Source of the DNA: Cirrosporium novae-zelandiae
Lineage: Eukaryota
Assembly: GCA_026023565.1 (NCBI GenBank)
Contig: JAPETS010000010.1
Coordinates: 186,001-250,000, forward strand
Direction of reading: 5' to 3'
Length of the DNA stretch: 64,000 nt
The position numbers were made by a program, and so were the translations under genes. The notes beneath the pieces are model-generated. The model had not been told where the DNA came from, did no database searches, and saw only the letters and a list, made by a program, of their open reading frames with translations. Below are positions 25,014 to 38,341 of the stretch, in pieces (positions within the stretch are counted from its first letter, which is position 1; each line of letters begins with the position of its first letter).

Positions 25014-26197
25014 ATGGCTGGCTTTAGGGAAAGAGTAAACCTCCAAATTATACTAATCGCAATCGCCACATGCCTATGCATTGGATTTGCGCAGGCCTCG
25101 CTGGGCGACAGGCTGCCTGAATTTCGGCAATGTGTTCAGGTATATATATTGCTTCAAGTGATATTTTAGCAAGACTAACATTTTGCAGGTCTGCAAAGAA
25201 GAGAATTGCCGAAAAGGATCCTCTGGCATTCGTAAGGTCTTCCATCCATGTGCTTTCAATTGCTAACCTATGAGACGTGGGTAGCGCTTCACCGCCGTCT
25301 TCTTTTATGGGACTGTCCATCGGAATGCGATTACATATGTCAACATGTCGTTACCGATCATCGACTAGCACGAGATCCACCATATATGGATCCTATTGTT
25401 CAATTCCATGGAAAATGGCCTTTCTACCGCTTCATGGGCATGCAGGAACCTTTTTCCGTCCTTTTCTCTCTGTTAAATTTCATGGCGCATCAGCATGGCC
25501 TGTACAAGGTTCGCGAACAAATACCGGCTTCGTATCCCTTGAGGAAGTACTACGTTGCTTTTGCCTATTTTGGCCTTGTTACTTGGATCTTCAGCATGGC
25601 TTTCCATACTAGAGACTTTGATATAACGGAGAAGATGGATTACTTCGGTGCTGGTGCCGGCGTGCTCTACGGTCTATTTTACACGCCGGTCCGCATATTC
25701 AGGCTTGACGATGTGGAAAATCCGATAAAACAGAGTCTACTTCGACTATGGACCCTATTATGTCTGGCATTATTTGCTGCTCATGTCATATATTTGACAT
25801 GCTGGTCGTGGGATTACACCTACAACATGGCAGCAAACGTAGTGGTTGGAATTATCCAGAATCTGCTCTGGAGTTGGTTCAGCATTACTCGGTACCAGAA
25901 ACTGAGGAAGCCTTGGGCGGCATGGCCTGGATTGATTGTGGCATGGCTAATTTTAGCCATGAGTCTGGAACTATTCGATTTTCCGCCACTGGGCGGGATG
26001 ATTGATGCACACAGTTTATGGCACCTGGGGACAGCACTGCCGACTGTATGGTGGTATAAGTATGTTTTATTCCCAGTACCTCTGCTCCTGTCAATACCTT
26101 TTTGGCCACCAGCCCGCAGGTCGATGCTGATTGATTTTTAAGTTTTCTTGTGAAAGATGCCCAGGAGGATCTGGCGGGACAAAGGCTTAAAGCATAG
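25014..26197 (+). CDS. PER1: Per1/PGAP3 GPI lipid-remodelling protein
   Basis: ASLGDRLPEFRQC, WDCPSECDYICQH, QFHGKWPF, QEPFSVLFS, FHTRD...EKMDY, DAHSLWH. Last exon FLVKDAQEDLAGQRLKA*. Confidence 0.93.
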
Positions 26198-26709
26198 GCT
26201 GGACAGCATTTGGAGGCGTTCTACGAATGGACTCTAAGTTCCGGTATGATGATGTATCAGGAACGCTTGTACCCTAAATATCGAGGAGTGAAGTATATTG
26301 AATCGGATATTTCAATGGGCTAATGAAGTTCAGAAGACCTTGATGCAATGAATGCAATGCACGTATCCGACAAAAGTTTAATTGTTGCATATGATCATAC
26401 AGTGACTGGCGCAATATTTAAAAAAAAGGCGAAAATGGGCAGTCACATGGTCCACCATATTTTAGATGATTTATTTGACCCAAAGCGTCAATTCAGTCAA
26501 CCCTCATGAAGTCCTCCACAAAATCCCAAAATTAGTACGTCAGCGGCTTCATCCGCGGCTATACCAAAATGAGATAGCTCAGCCTTACAGCGTCAAGCAA
26601 TCGAAACCTGGTCTCTCTCACAATCTTGATTCTTCCCACATCTACTTCTATTCTCAACTACTTCCCTCACATTCAATCTTTACGCAGACCTTCCTACATT
26701 TGAGCCATC

Positions 26710-28954
26710 ATGTCGCTCAAGGACAAGATCTTGGAGGCATCCGCCAAATACCCCAAGCCCGAGGGTGTCTCGTTCCAGTATGGTACAGCCGGAGTAAGTT
26801 GTGAAGATACATAAAAACATATTGGCAATAGTTTCTGTGCAACACGAACTCTATAGCTAGACTCGCTAACCCATTTTCAATAGTTTCGGATGAAATCGTA
26901 CGGATGCGCCCTCTTTACGGTCCTCCCTCGTTATCAACACAAACTGATTGATATGAGTAATCTAGAACCCTACTAGATTCCGTCGTCTTTCGTGTCGGAC
27001 TGCTCGCTGTATTGCGTTCTAAAAAGCATGGTGGAAGGACAATTGGATTGATGATAACTGCGAGTCATAATCCACCCGATGATAATGGCATAAAATTGGT
27101 GGATCCTATGGTATACCCACCTGTCCTTTGTTGCTGCACCATCGGCTGACAGATTTCCAAGGGGGAAATGTTAGAGGTACGCATTTAATATTTTGGATTC
27201 TTTAAAATTACACTCAACTATGCTGGAGTCGTGATCATTGCCAGGCCACGGCCAAGAAAATACATATGCTTGCCTTGGCCCAAGACACCCCGCACAGTCT
27301 ATGCTGGCGCTTGAAAGAGTCGTATTCTCTTCTTGAAATGCTGACTGGCTTTGTCAGGCGTCTTGGGAAGCGCATGCTACCGCATTTGCAAATGCCCCCT
27401 CCGACAAAGCTGTCTTTGAGATTTACGAAAAGCTATTAGCCGATTTAAAAATAAAGCCTGACACTCCTGCCAACGTTATATATGCCCGAGATACTCGTGC
27501 CTCTGGATCCCGTCTCGTGGCCGCACTGGTTTCTGCTCTTGAGGCCACTGAAACGAAATATACCGACTTTAAACTGCTGACAACCCCTCAATTGCACTAC
27601 CTTGTTCGCTGCATCAATACAAAAGGAACACCATACGAATATGGAGAACCAACTGAACAGGGATATTATAAAAAACTTGCTGCTGCATTTGTGAAGCTCA
27701 TGCGTGGACGCTATTGTCATGGCCTAGTAACAGTTGACTGTGCTAATGGGGTGGGTGGACCAAAATTGGCAGAATTGATTAAGCACATGCCTCCACCATC
27801 AGAAGGAGTGGAGATTAAGGTTGTGAATGATGATGTCGTTAGACCTGATACGTTGAACTATCAAGTATGTTCCCTCCCTATTTAATATCGCATTTTTTTT
27901 TGGATGTTATTGGAACAAAAAGCTTGGATATCAAGTTGCATTGATCCATGAATAGCTCATCATAACCCATCACAATAAGCATCCCAGAGGAACGCTTTTA
28001 TCGATGTGGAATCGCAAATGATTCACTGATCGTGTTTCTAGCATTGGCATAATATTATGGTTTGTAGCTGATTACATGGTGTAGTGTGGCGCAGATTTTG
28101 TGAAAACCCAGCAGCGCGCACCACCTTCTTCAAAAGCAGCTCCGCTAGAACGTTGCGCCTCTTTTGATGGTGATGCCGACCGCATCGTTTATTATTACCT
28201 TGATTCCAACGGCACATTCAAGCTACTAGATGGTGACCGCATCGCAACTCTCGCAGCGCTCTTTGTCGGCGATCTTGCAAGAACTGCTGGTCTTGGCCAA
28301 GACCTCAGGATTGGTGTAGTACAGACCGCATATGCCAACGGAGCCAGCACCGAATACATCGAAAAGCACCTAAAACTCCCTGTCGTGTGCACCAACACAG
28401 GTGTGAAACACCTTCACCACGCCGCCGTCAAATTTGATGTCGGTGTGTACTTCGAAGCCAACGGCCATGGAACCGTCGTCTTCTCCGAAACAGCCCTCAA
28501 AACCATTGAGACCCATGAGCCCCAATCTCCAGCTCAACAAGCCGCCCTCTCTGACCTCCTAGCCGTCACCGAACTCATCAACCAAGCTGTAGGTGACGCC
28601 ATCTCGGACCTCCTCCTCGTCGAAGTCATCCTCGCACATAAGAACTGGGGCCCACAGGAATGGGATCTCACATATGTGGACCACCCTTCCCGCCTCGTGC
28701 GTATCGAGGTCCCCGATCGCAACATGTTCAAAGCGTATGATGCTGAACGAAAACTCGAGAGCCCCAAGGGCTTGCAGGAGCAGATCGAAGCAATGGTCGG
28801 GAAGTATAAAAGCGGAAGGAGCTTCGCTAGGGCGAGTGGCACGGAGGATGCGGTTAGGGTTTATGCAGAAGCCGCGACGAGAGGGGAGGCAGATGATTTG
28901 GCGGCGAAGATTGCGGGGTTGGTTAAGCAGTATGGAACTGTGGGAAGGATTTGA
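26710..28954 (+). CDS. AGM1: Phosphoacetylglucosamine mutase
   Basis: YGTAG|FRM, active-site ITASHNP, DCANGVG, metal loop [30 protein letters not shown]. Six exons including microexons 26884-26897 and 27162-27176. Confidence 0.95.
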
Positions 28955-30080
28955 ATGTGAGGGGGATTGGCATCGGCATTGGAATTCCACCCTTAATCCC
29001 AATACCATCTCTCCATCTATTCGTCCATGCACACAGCCCACCTACCCGTCTACCTATCTCACAACTCCCTCAATCTTCCTCATGACCCAGTTCACGCATA
29101 GTAAATGGAAATATTCTTCCATCTCAGCGTGCAGCAGCCCAGGACAGGATCACACATACATCCAAAAGTTTTTTTCTTGATATTTTTTGGCGTCTCTATT
29201 TTTAACGTCTTTTTCTTTTTTTTTTCTTAATTAGGTAGGTGGGTCGTTGACTGGCTAGTTAGGACAGGCCGCCAAATAGACTTGGGGGTTATGATATCTT
29301 ACTCCTATCTTTATCCTTCCATTTTCCTTCTAGATTTTCGACTTTTAGGGGAGGCTTGGTTGTTATGGCGTAGCTAGGTTAATATACTCTAACACTAGGT
29401 ATTCGCTCAACGTTGGATACTCCATGTCCTTTTTAGCTTAGGTATATGTGCATGGAGGCAAGAGTGTTTGCTTTCACATATGATACACTTACCTGACATA
29501 CCTAACCTACATGCACTGTTACAGTTACCCTACTCATGTATTTTGTACAGTACATGTACGTGTATGAAGCATCCTTCCACTCCAATACCTTTGCATCCTC
29601 CTCTTAGCTCACGTGTTCGTTATAACTCAACAAAAAAGTTGATACCTGGCTCTACCTAAAAATAGTGACCTGACTTATCATAATTAACTCTTACGTGGCA
29701 TTCCCTACTCGCGATAGCTATGCGGGGACAGTGCGGGAGATAGTACCTAACCAGTTTATTATTTGGTGGTTAACTCTTTTTAATATTCTTATTCGTGTAA
29801 CTAATTAAAAGCCCCTAGTTTCGATTCCAAAGATACCAGGATAGGTTTAGGGACCAGCGGTTACATGACGTCGACAGTCTTCTGCCAGGATTATGAGGCA
29901 TCAGCCAGTGGCTTTGTTTTGTGAAAATAAAGCCAAGAACTTGGTGTAACTATAGAAGAGACAACAAACTCGCATGATATTTAACTGCCTCTATTTTACC
30001 TTGACCAACAACACACAAAATCCGATGCTGGCATTCTTGATTTTATAAAAATGTCAACTCACTCCCAATATTAACTTGCG

Positions 30081-31155
30081 ATGTTTTCTATCATCCGCAG
30101 TACCTTTCGTTGGGTCCTGTGGCCAGCATTTCTAGCATGGCCTTTGAATTTGCTTAACCATATTTTCGGCATGATACACTACTGGCCGTTGAACAGCGAA
30201 GGCAACACTTCTGTGAAGCAGGTTAGTCTGTTGCAGTTCTAATCTACTAATACAATGATATGCCTTTGAGTATACTCCTATGTATCAGGTTGTCTAAGAA
30301 GGCATTGCTTCAAAAACGTAGGGTTCTACTACTTCTACGAATACCAAGAAGAAAACTGCGCCTACAACGACCAAGAAGGATCAATATGCCGCTATTAAAT
30401 CAAAAGGAAAAACCGTCGCCGGCGGAGTAACAGGCCTCGTGGAACGTTTACCCTGTGGCGATGTGGTCAAATCGCCCTGGCCTGGTGATGAACGGGAGGC
30501 CGAATGTCGCAGAGACATGGCAATCGAGGCCCAAATCTATCAGAGATTGGGACCACACCCTCGCCTGGTAAAGGTGATCGATTGGGATCCCGAGACATGC
30601 GTCCTTACCATGGAGTACATGCCCAACGGCTCTCTCAAGGATTTCCTCCATGCGCACAATGACGATATATCCATGCCACAGAGACTCCAATGGATACGCC
30701 AAGCGGCCGAGGGGCTACAGCTGCTGCATTCCGCGGGCGTGATCCACTGCGACATTGGCCCTCGGAATTTCCTACTCGACGCAGCCCTCGATCTCAAAAT
30801 CGCCGATTTCAGCGGCTCGTCCCTGGACGGTTCCTCCGCATCGGTATGCGCGGGCACGCGGTTTTCACTACCAGACTTCAGCTGGAATGACCCGCCCACG
30901 GTGCGGCAGGATCTGTTCGGCTTGGGCTCTACGATTTACTGCATCATGACCAGGACGGGTCAATGCCCGTTTGGGGATTTGCCAAGTAATCAGGTCGAGA
31001 AGTTGTATGCTGCGAGTGAGTTTCCGGATGTGTCGGAAATTGTCATCGGCATGCCACGTGTTGGAGAGATCATTAAACGATGCTGGCGCTGCGAAGTTGG
31101 TTCTGCGAAGGAGGTATATGATTACATTCAACAAGTCCTAGAGAGTAATAAATGA
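30081..31155 (+). CDS. Protein kinase-like protein (fungal DFSGS type) with hydrophobic N-terminus
   Basis: Kinase motifs AGGVTGLV, VVKSP, HCDIGPRNFLL, DFSGS, DLFGLG. Proposed exon 1 30081-30221 and phase-0 intron 30222-30321 (GTTAGT...CTAAG...TAG). The 5' model is less certain than the kinase domain. Confidence 0.82.
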
Positions 31156-31917
31156 ATGAATAAATGAATAACCACCCCACTTCTTCAAATCGATGCATCG
31201 CGAACCAAAAAAAAACCAAAAAAAAAATTAGGGGGGAATCGTTCTTTCTTTAAGAGGCCGCACCGCTGCGTCCACAGTATATACCATACAACCCTACCCC
31301 CCCCCCCTCTATATACAACTTTTCCAAAACTTAAAAAAAAAACCCCTATCATTACTCCAGACGGACGTCTAGGATATATGGCTCCTTCTCTCTCCCTCTT
31401 TCTCTCCTCCTCGATAAATTATAGGGAGCCAGCCTACCTGCTAATTTTCAAATTTTAAATAGATTATTTTCTTTTCGGTATTTGTTATTATATCTTGGGG
31501 GGGGAGGGGATTGGGTGATATGGATGGTAGTGATGGATGGGGAGTGTAGAGGTTTGTTATTGTTGTTGAGGAGGAGGAGATGGATGGAGCTAAGAGTTTT
31601 TTTTATTCGATGTAGGGAGTTGATGTTAGGTGGGGAGAAGGTATTGATGGATAGATTAGGTAGGTAGGTAGGTAGGTAGGTGAGTAGGGTAATATTATAA
31701 CATTATAACTTAAGGTGTGCGAGTTAAGTTTTAAGAAAAGAATGATAATGTATCCATATTTTTATAGTTTAATACTTTGCATTTGAGTAATTTACAAAAT
31801 GCGATTTATTTATTTACTTAGGTTATTACTATGTTTGTTTTTTTTATATTTCTTCATCAAATCTTGTAGTTTAAAAAAAAAAAAAACTTTTTCTGTTCAG
31901 GTTGAGTGGGATTGGTA

Positions 31918-33711
31918 TTATGGATCGTCGTCGTCGCAGCCCCAAAAGTAACCCGGTGTTGCGCAGGCAGTTGTGGTTGGAGTTGGAGACGGGATCGTGG
32001 GCGTTGCTGGTGCCGTTGTGGTGGTGGGATCATTGCATCCGAACCAACCTGGAGTTTTGCAGGTAGTGGTTGTACTGGTGGACGTAGATGTGATTGTGGA
32101 TGTAGCTGTTGTAGTTGCCGTCTCATCCAGACAACCCCACCAACCAGGAGTCTTGCAGGTGCTCGTACTCGTACTCGTACTCGTGCTTGTCGTCAGAGTA
32201 GAAGTCATTGTCGTTATCGGGTCCGAACGATTACTCTCAAAAAACCTCCAATTGAAACAATCAACACACTCGATATCAACCTCGCACGATGGAACGCTGT
32301 CATATTTCTCGATTACATTCCTAATCACTCCTTTGATTCTATGATTGCCGATTCCGACGCGCCACCCGAAATCCCCCACCGTGTCGTACGTGCATACATT
32401 TCCGGCGTGGCATTGGGATTCGAATGCGTAGCCGGCTAATGTGCATGTTGCTGTGGCGCCGTTGCAGCTGCCCATGAAGACCGGGTCGGCTGTGTTGCCG
32501 AAATGGTACAGGCCGCTGTTTTGACGGGTTTGAGGAGCGGAGGGGTGGGATCCTGGGGGGGCGGGGAGGCCGAGTCGGGCGGCTGCGAGGGCTACAGGGG
32601 GGACTTCAAATGTTACTGTTGGGAGGCCGAAGGTTAGCCCTAGGAGGCTGCTGACTGCTCCGCCGAGGGAATGGCCGGTGAGCCAGATGTTTGCTTGGGG
32701 GTATAAGGCTGTAACGTTTCCGTAGAGTTCTTTGGCGACGGCATAGTAGCGATTTTCGGCTTTGAGAGCCGTGACTAGGCATGTCTGGTTGCATGTGTAG
32801 GTCATCGTGCAACAGTCGCAAACTTGTCGCCAGAGATACTGACCTCCCTGCGCACAACAGCAGCTGAAAAATAGATTGTCGTTGACTTTGTCGTTTGTGG
32901 TTGTTTCTGGACCGTCGAAAACTGCCGTGGAGGTTCCTTTGATGGCGATTATGATGCTGGAATTGGTTTCATCTGCAAAGATGTAACCTCGAAGGCTGTC
33001 ACTCTCCCAGCCAAAACCTGCGGAACTGTTAAAAGGGTAATCTATATCCTCCCAGCCCTCTTCGCCTGGAACTAGTTCGTAAGAATTTGAAGACATCTTG
33101 GCGAGGCTGAGAACTGTTTCTTTATCGGTGATGTTGGGTCCATCAACCTCGTCTAGAATCCAAGCTGACGGAGAAAGATCCATAGCCCTTCCTGAAGACC
33201 TTGCCATGGACAATAGTGAATTTATTGTTTGAGGGTTTCTATCCACCAGACGTTCTATTTGGAATCCCCTTGATCGACCACGGAATCGAGGAGGTGGCTC
33301 GACTGAGTGGCTATCGTCCGATGAAACCCATAGTAAGCTATCTGGAGGGATGTCAAGACGTCTATGAAGACGTGGATACATGTATGTCCCATGGTGGAAT
33401 ATGTGTTTCAAGGACTACAAAGGCCATTAGCAAAAAATATGAACGAGCATTAGAATAACGAATATTCGAGCCGGATCGATCATGGATGCGGAACCTACAA
33501 ATTCATGATCTCTCCCCAAACCAACTTTACCCTGCGTGTCTGATGGAATTGGGAATGAAGTTGGGACTATGGGTGCTTGAGCAGGATGAGTCCCCGGGCC
33601 TACAAACTCTGCTGTCGCTAAGACTAGATGAACTGGAGATTGGATAAAGAAACAAAGCAGCAGCGTTAAGGCGCTTGAAGCGGCCGGAAGCGTACACCAT
33701 AAGACGCGCAT
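31918..33711 (-). CDS. ATG15: Autophagy-related lipase Atg15
   Basis: N-terminal hydrophobic anchor, [12 protein letters not shown] across one intron (~33498-33416), [23 protein letters not shown], lipase motif GHSLGG, Thr-rich tail. Confidence 0.94.
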
Positions 33712-34549
33712 ATCGAAGGAAATGTCTGCGATTCTGCCAGACCTGATATTAACAATATAGACATGAATATATATATTTAGGTAAGACAACTATTGCGGGA
33801 GCTGCTGTGGCGTCTCGAGGTCTATTGAAGATAGTCCTTTGGGTCATGCGGAGAAACTGAGAGGAGCTAAATGATCCTGGAAGATAAGATAGTTATGACC
33901 TGAACAGTATTCAAGGAACTAGTCCCGTCTCATTAAATTTATATAATGGAGACTATGGATTTCTACCCAATTCATAAAACCAATCAACTGTTGCATAAAT
34001 TGTTCATGGTAGAATTATAGGGTGATGGATAATTATATAGAAAGCAATCTTACGTAGTTGATATTGGCTGAGCTTAATGGAATTTGGTACTAATGACGCA
34101 TCGGTCTCCGGACTTAGATTTTCCCGGTCAGGAGGAGCTAGGGCCAAGATAGGACTAAAGGTTATTTATGATTTCCGCCTCAGGCACACATTATAAAAAA
34201 TACTTATAGCGACATAAGTTTCACCTCATAATGCTAGCAGTGAGAGGCCAAGAGGCAGTCTCATCTCAAACTTAGTGGTATAGTCAAGGCTAGGGGTATT
34301 GCGCATTCAATTACTCAGACTCTTTTACTTGAGATAGACGAAAGAACATAATTTTTAGTAAGGGATTAAGATGGTTTAGATGATGAAATGGACAAAATGC
34401 CAACATCCAAGCCATAGAAAAGATCTTTTTTATCCCTAGATATTTTTATAGTCGCCAGCTGGAATCATCTTTAACAGCGTACTCCATTCCTCATAATGCT
34501 CCAGAAAACTCCATCCATGCTACCGAACTTTGTCAATGCAAATCGGTTA

Positions 34550-36220
34550 TTAACCTTCCTCCTTATCCATATCCTCCCTATTCCTTTTTGACGTTCGTTG
34601 TCCTCTCTGCCCTCTCTGTCCCCTCGCCCCCCTTTCGCCATTCTTAGCATGTATCTCCTTCATTTCTTTAATGGCCTCTCTCTGGGCGTCCCCGACCCTG
34701 TCACTTAAAACCTTCACCTCATTCTCATCCACCGCATATTCAGGGAGCTTTCTCCCAAGAGTCCTTTCAATGCCTAACCATACTTCTGCATCATATTGCG
34801 TGACCTACAACCAAAATTGTTAGAAACTGTATTACCCCTAAATAGGGTCAAAGACGAACAAAACTAATGGCGTTTCCGCTTTTTCCAGCGCGAGCTGTTC
34901 GACCAACACGATGTATATATGTTTTTGAATCTCCTGGAAGATCGAAATTAAGAACGAGATCCACTGATGGGATATCCAGACCACGTGCTGCTACGTCTGT
35001 CGCTACTAGAATATCACGAGCATGCGAGCGGAACTTTTGGAGGGAGGAAAGCCGAGAGGACTGTGAAAGTTGGCCATGAAGTGGAAGGGCAGAGAACCCT
35101 AGAAATCGGAGAAGGAGTGCCACTCGTTGAGTCTCGTTAACTGTGCGTGTAAAGATGATGGTGCGCTGCCCAGAATAGTTGTGAAGAATATAAATAAGAT
35201 AAAGATCTTTGAATTTCAAAGGGAGGAGAATAAAACTTTGTTGCAAGCTCGCAACTGTGTTATTTGATCCGGAAACTGAAACCCGGGCGGGGCTTGAGAG
35301 TGAGGCTCGTTGGAGGGATTCCACTTTCGAGGTCATAGTCGCAGAGAAGAGATATGTTTTCCTTTCTCGGGGGAGGACCTTTAGAATCTTGGTCAAGACG
35401 GGCCCAAAGTCCATGTCTAAGAGCTTCATATTAGACGTTCAAATTGGTCACGTTGCACTTGGGTTACACGTACCAAGTAACCTGTCCGCCTCGTCCATGA
35501 CAAGATATCGAAGCTTGGAGAGTGTGAACCCTTTGGTATTTTCTAAATGATCAAGAAGACGGCCGGCTATGTATCGTTAGCATTCCCAACGTTTATAGCA
35601 CTCTTATGTCGAATATCCACTCACGGGTTGCGATTATGATATGAGGGTTCTTTGATAACGAAATAGCTTGCGACATGCTATCCATCCCCCCAACAATTAC
35701 ACTTGTCCTAACTCCTATAAAAGATCCTAATGCTTGAAACTGTTCGGATGTCTGGAAGGCTAATTCACGAGTCGGAGCTAGGACCAAGGCAAAATTCGCC
35801 TGAGGTTTCTCAACGAGGGCTAATAATGATTAGTTTCTTCTCGCGATCATATATAGGTAATTGCGCACCTTGCAGTATAGGAAGCGCAAAGGCAGCAGTC
35901 TTTCCAGAACCTGTCTCCGCGAGGCCAATAATATCACGACCTTGTAGAGCTAGAGGGATGGACTCTTTCTGGATATCTGTCGGGGTTGTAAAAGATAGCT
36001 CCGAGCAGGCTTTTACTAGCTCTTCAATGATTCCAAGGTCTTTAAAAGTCGTAGACTCGGGTTTGTCTGAAGTGGATTGTGAGCTTTTAGCTGGAGGAGA
36101 AATGCTACTTTGGACGGCATCATGACTATTTGAGATGTTGGATTGAGAGGGTTTCGGCTGCGATTGGGTCGCCAGGTCCTTTTCGCTTTTCTCAAGCTTG
36201 CGCTTTTTTATAGGAGGCAT
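34550..36220 (-). CDS. RRP3: DEAD-box rRNA helicase Rrp3
   Basis: [68 protein letters not shown]. Four introns. C-terminal REDMDKEEG*. Confidence 0.94.
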
Positions 36221-36516
36221 TTTTGTATATCCGGGAGGGGTATCTTGAATGGGGGAATATCGCAAAAAAGTGGGAGATTCAAATGTTCCTCAGTCGGAAC
36301 TTTTTTCTGCCACCGACTTTGGCTATCACCAATTTTGATTCGTTACCTGCCAGATACACCTCAAATCTTTGTATGAAAAAAAGTTGAGCTTGATATTACC
36401 AAAGTATAATATTCTCTACATTGAAAAGCTTCAAGAATTCCCAACCCCCTCCACACATAAATACAACAAGTTTACGATCAAAAAATCGCCTAACAGATCC
36501 CACATATTTCCTGAAA
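36221..36516. promoter_or_regulatory. Bidirectional promoter of RRP3 and SSF1 with RRPE-like tracts
   Basis: 296 bp between divergent ATGs. TGAAAAAAAGTT at 36374-36385 and AACTTTTTTCTG at 36298-36309 resemble the yeast rRNA-processing element. Confidence 0.5.
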
Positions 36517-37965
36517 ATGGCTAAAAGAAGAACAAAGAAGCGCACTCATGTTGGAGCGCCAAATGGAAACAATCAACAAGTGCCGATATCCTCTGGAAGC
36601 AGGATACCAAAGAGCATGGTTATTCGTGTCGGAGCTGGAGAGGTTGGACCTAGTGTCAGTCAGCTGGTGAAGGATATGCGAAGAGTCATGGAACCTCACA
36701 CTGCAAGCAGATTAAAGGTACGCATAAAAGCGGTTCTACCTGTCTTGCGCAGCAATTGATTATGAATCTGGATATAGGAAAGGAAAAGCAATAAGTTAAA
36801 AGACTTTATCACCATGTCCGGTCCTTTAGGCGTTACCGATCTTCTTCTCTTCTCGCGTTCAGCCAATGGAAATACAAACCTTCGAATTGCCGTAAGTTGG
36901 TGCTCAGTTTATCAATTTTTTTTACCTTCTGCTAATTGCTATCAGCGCCATCCCCGTGGGCCTACGTTGCACTTTCGTGTGGAAAAATATAGTCTGTGTA
37001 AAGACATTCAAAAATCTTCGAAGCATTATCCCGGATTCAAAGAGATAGATTATCTATCCCCGCCGTTCCTTGTTCAACATCACATGAAATACTTCAGCTC
37101 CTTAAATCACAGCTCAGAATCTAAGCGTCTCCAGCGGACAAAAGCTGTCGAGTCTCTCATGGCTGATGGCATGTTCTACAATCTCGTCCCACCCGTCGCA
37201 CCTACGGCCACATCTCTCTCCTCTATTCGCCGAGTTATGCTCCTAGAACGCGAGATCCCAAAAAACGAAAACGATCCTTTCATTATCCATATTCGGCACT
37301 ACGCCATAACCACCAAGCAAGTAGGCCTCTCGAAGGCTATTAAACGAATCAACGCTGCTGAGAGGAAAATGAAAGACCCCAAGCATAGGAAAGGATTACC
37401 CAATTTTGGAAAGCTAGAAGATGCTGCCGATTACATCCTTGATCCAGGGGATGGCGGCTACACGTCTGCTAGCGAAACGGAATTGGAAACAGACGCCGAA
37501 GTCGAAGTTCTTGAATCGGAGACTAGAAGAATTTTAAACAAGAAGAAAGCTGCGGCTGGAGTAGCACGAAGAAGCACTAAACATGTCGAAAAAAGGGCGA
37601 TCAAATTAGTGGAGATAGGTCCGAGACTGCGACTGCGGCTCTTAAAAGTAGAGGAGGGATTGTGCGAAGGAAGAGTGATGTGGCATGAGTCCCTCGAAAA
37701 ATCGGAGGAGGAAGAGCGGAATATGGATAAGATGTGGGAGAAGAGGAAGGCTGAAAAAGAGGCAAGGAGAAAGGAGCAGAGAGAAAATGTTGAAAGAAAG
37801 AAAAAAGAGAAGCAAAGCCAAAAGAAAAATGGGGATGATGGTGAGCAGAATGAAAATGAGGATGAGGAAATGGACGACGATGATGAATGGGATGAAGATT
37901 TCGACGATGAAGACCTAATGGACAAAGAAGAAGGCCATGATGAGCAGACTGGGTCCAACAACTGA
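36517..37965 (+). CDS. SSF1: Brix-domain ribosome biogenesis protein Ssf1/Ssf2 (Peter Pan)
   Basis: MAKRRTKKRTH, PKSMVIRVG, MEPHTASRLK|ERKSNKLKDF, PRGPTLHF, IRHYAI, KLVEIGPRLRLRLLKVEEG. Introns 36718-36777 and 36892-36945. Confidence 0.93.
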
Positions 37966-38341
37966 GGCCGTAAAAGTTTCAAATGTCATCAAATATGTAT
38001 ATGAGTGGATAGATTACCGCTCTCTATTGCTTATACCAATTAAAGCTCAGATTTCAGATACCCAATTAAACCTCCAAACAACGTATAATGTCATATTTAC
38101 AAGTGTCATGCTCGATAGCTGATTGATCGCTTCATGTAGCCCGAAGTCCGAATAATCCATGTGTCCTAAGGTGGTGGGGCAACGCTGACAGGTGGGGGAG
38201 GAAGCGATTCGCACGAACTACTTTTGATGCGCAAGGTTCCCAACGTTGAGATGTCATACTCTCACTACCTTTATTCCAAGAAAACTTGTGGTTATACACT
38301 CTATTAATTTGTGATCGCAAGATATTAGAGACTACAGAGAG

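Noticed and set aside
29750..29840. tRNA-like fragment (GGTGGTTA ... GTTTCGATTCC)
   Set aside because: No acceptor, T or anticodon stems could be paired.
37458..37982. Antisense Ser/Phe-rich ORFs (also 43999-44364, 31973-32344, 28559-29041)
   Set aside because: Shadow ORFs of low-complexity or biased sense-strand coding sequence.
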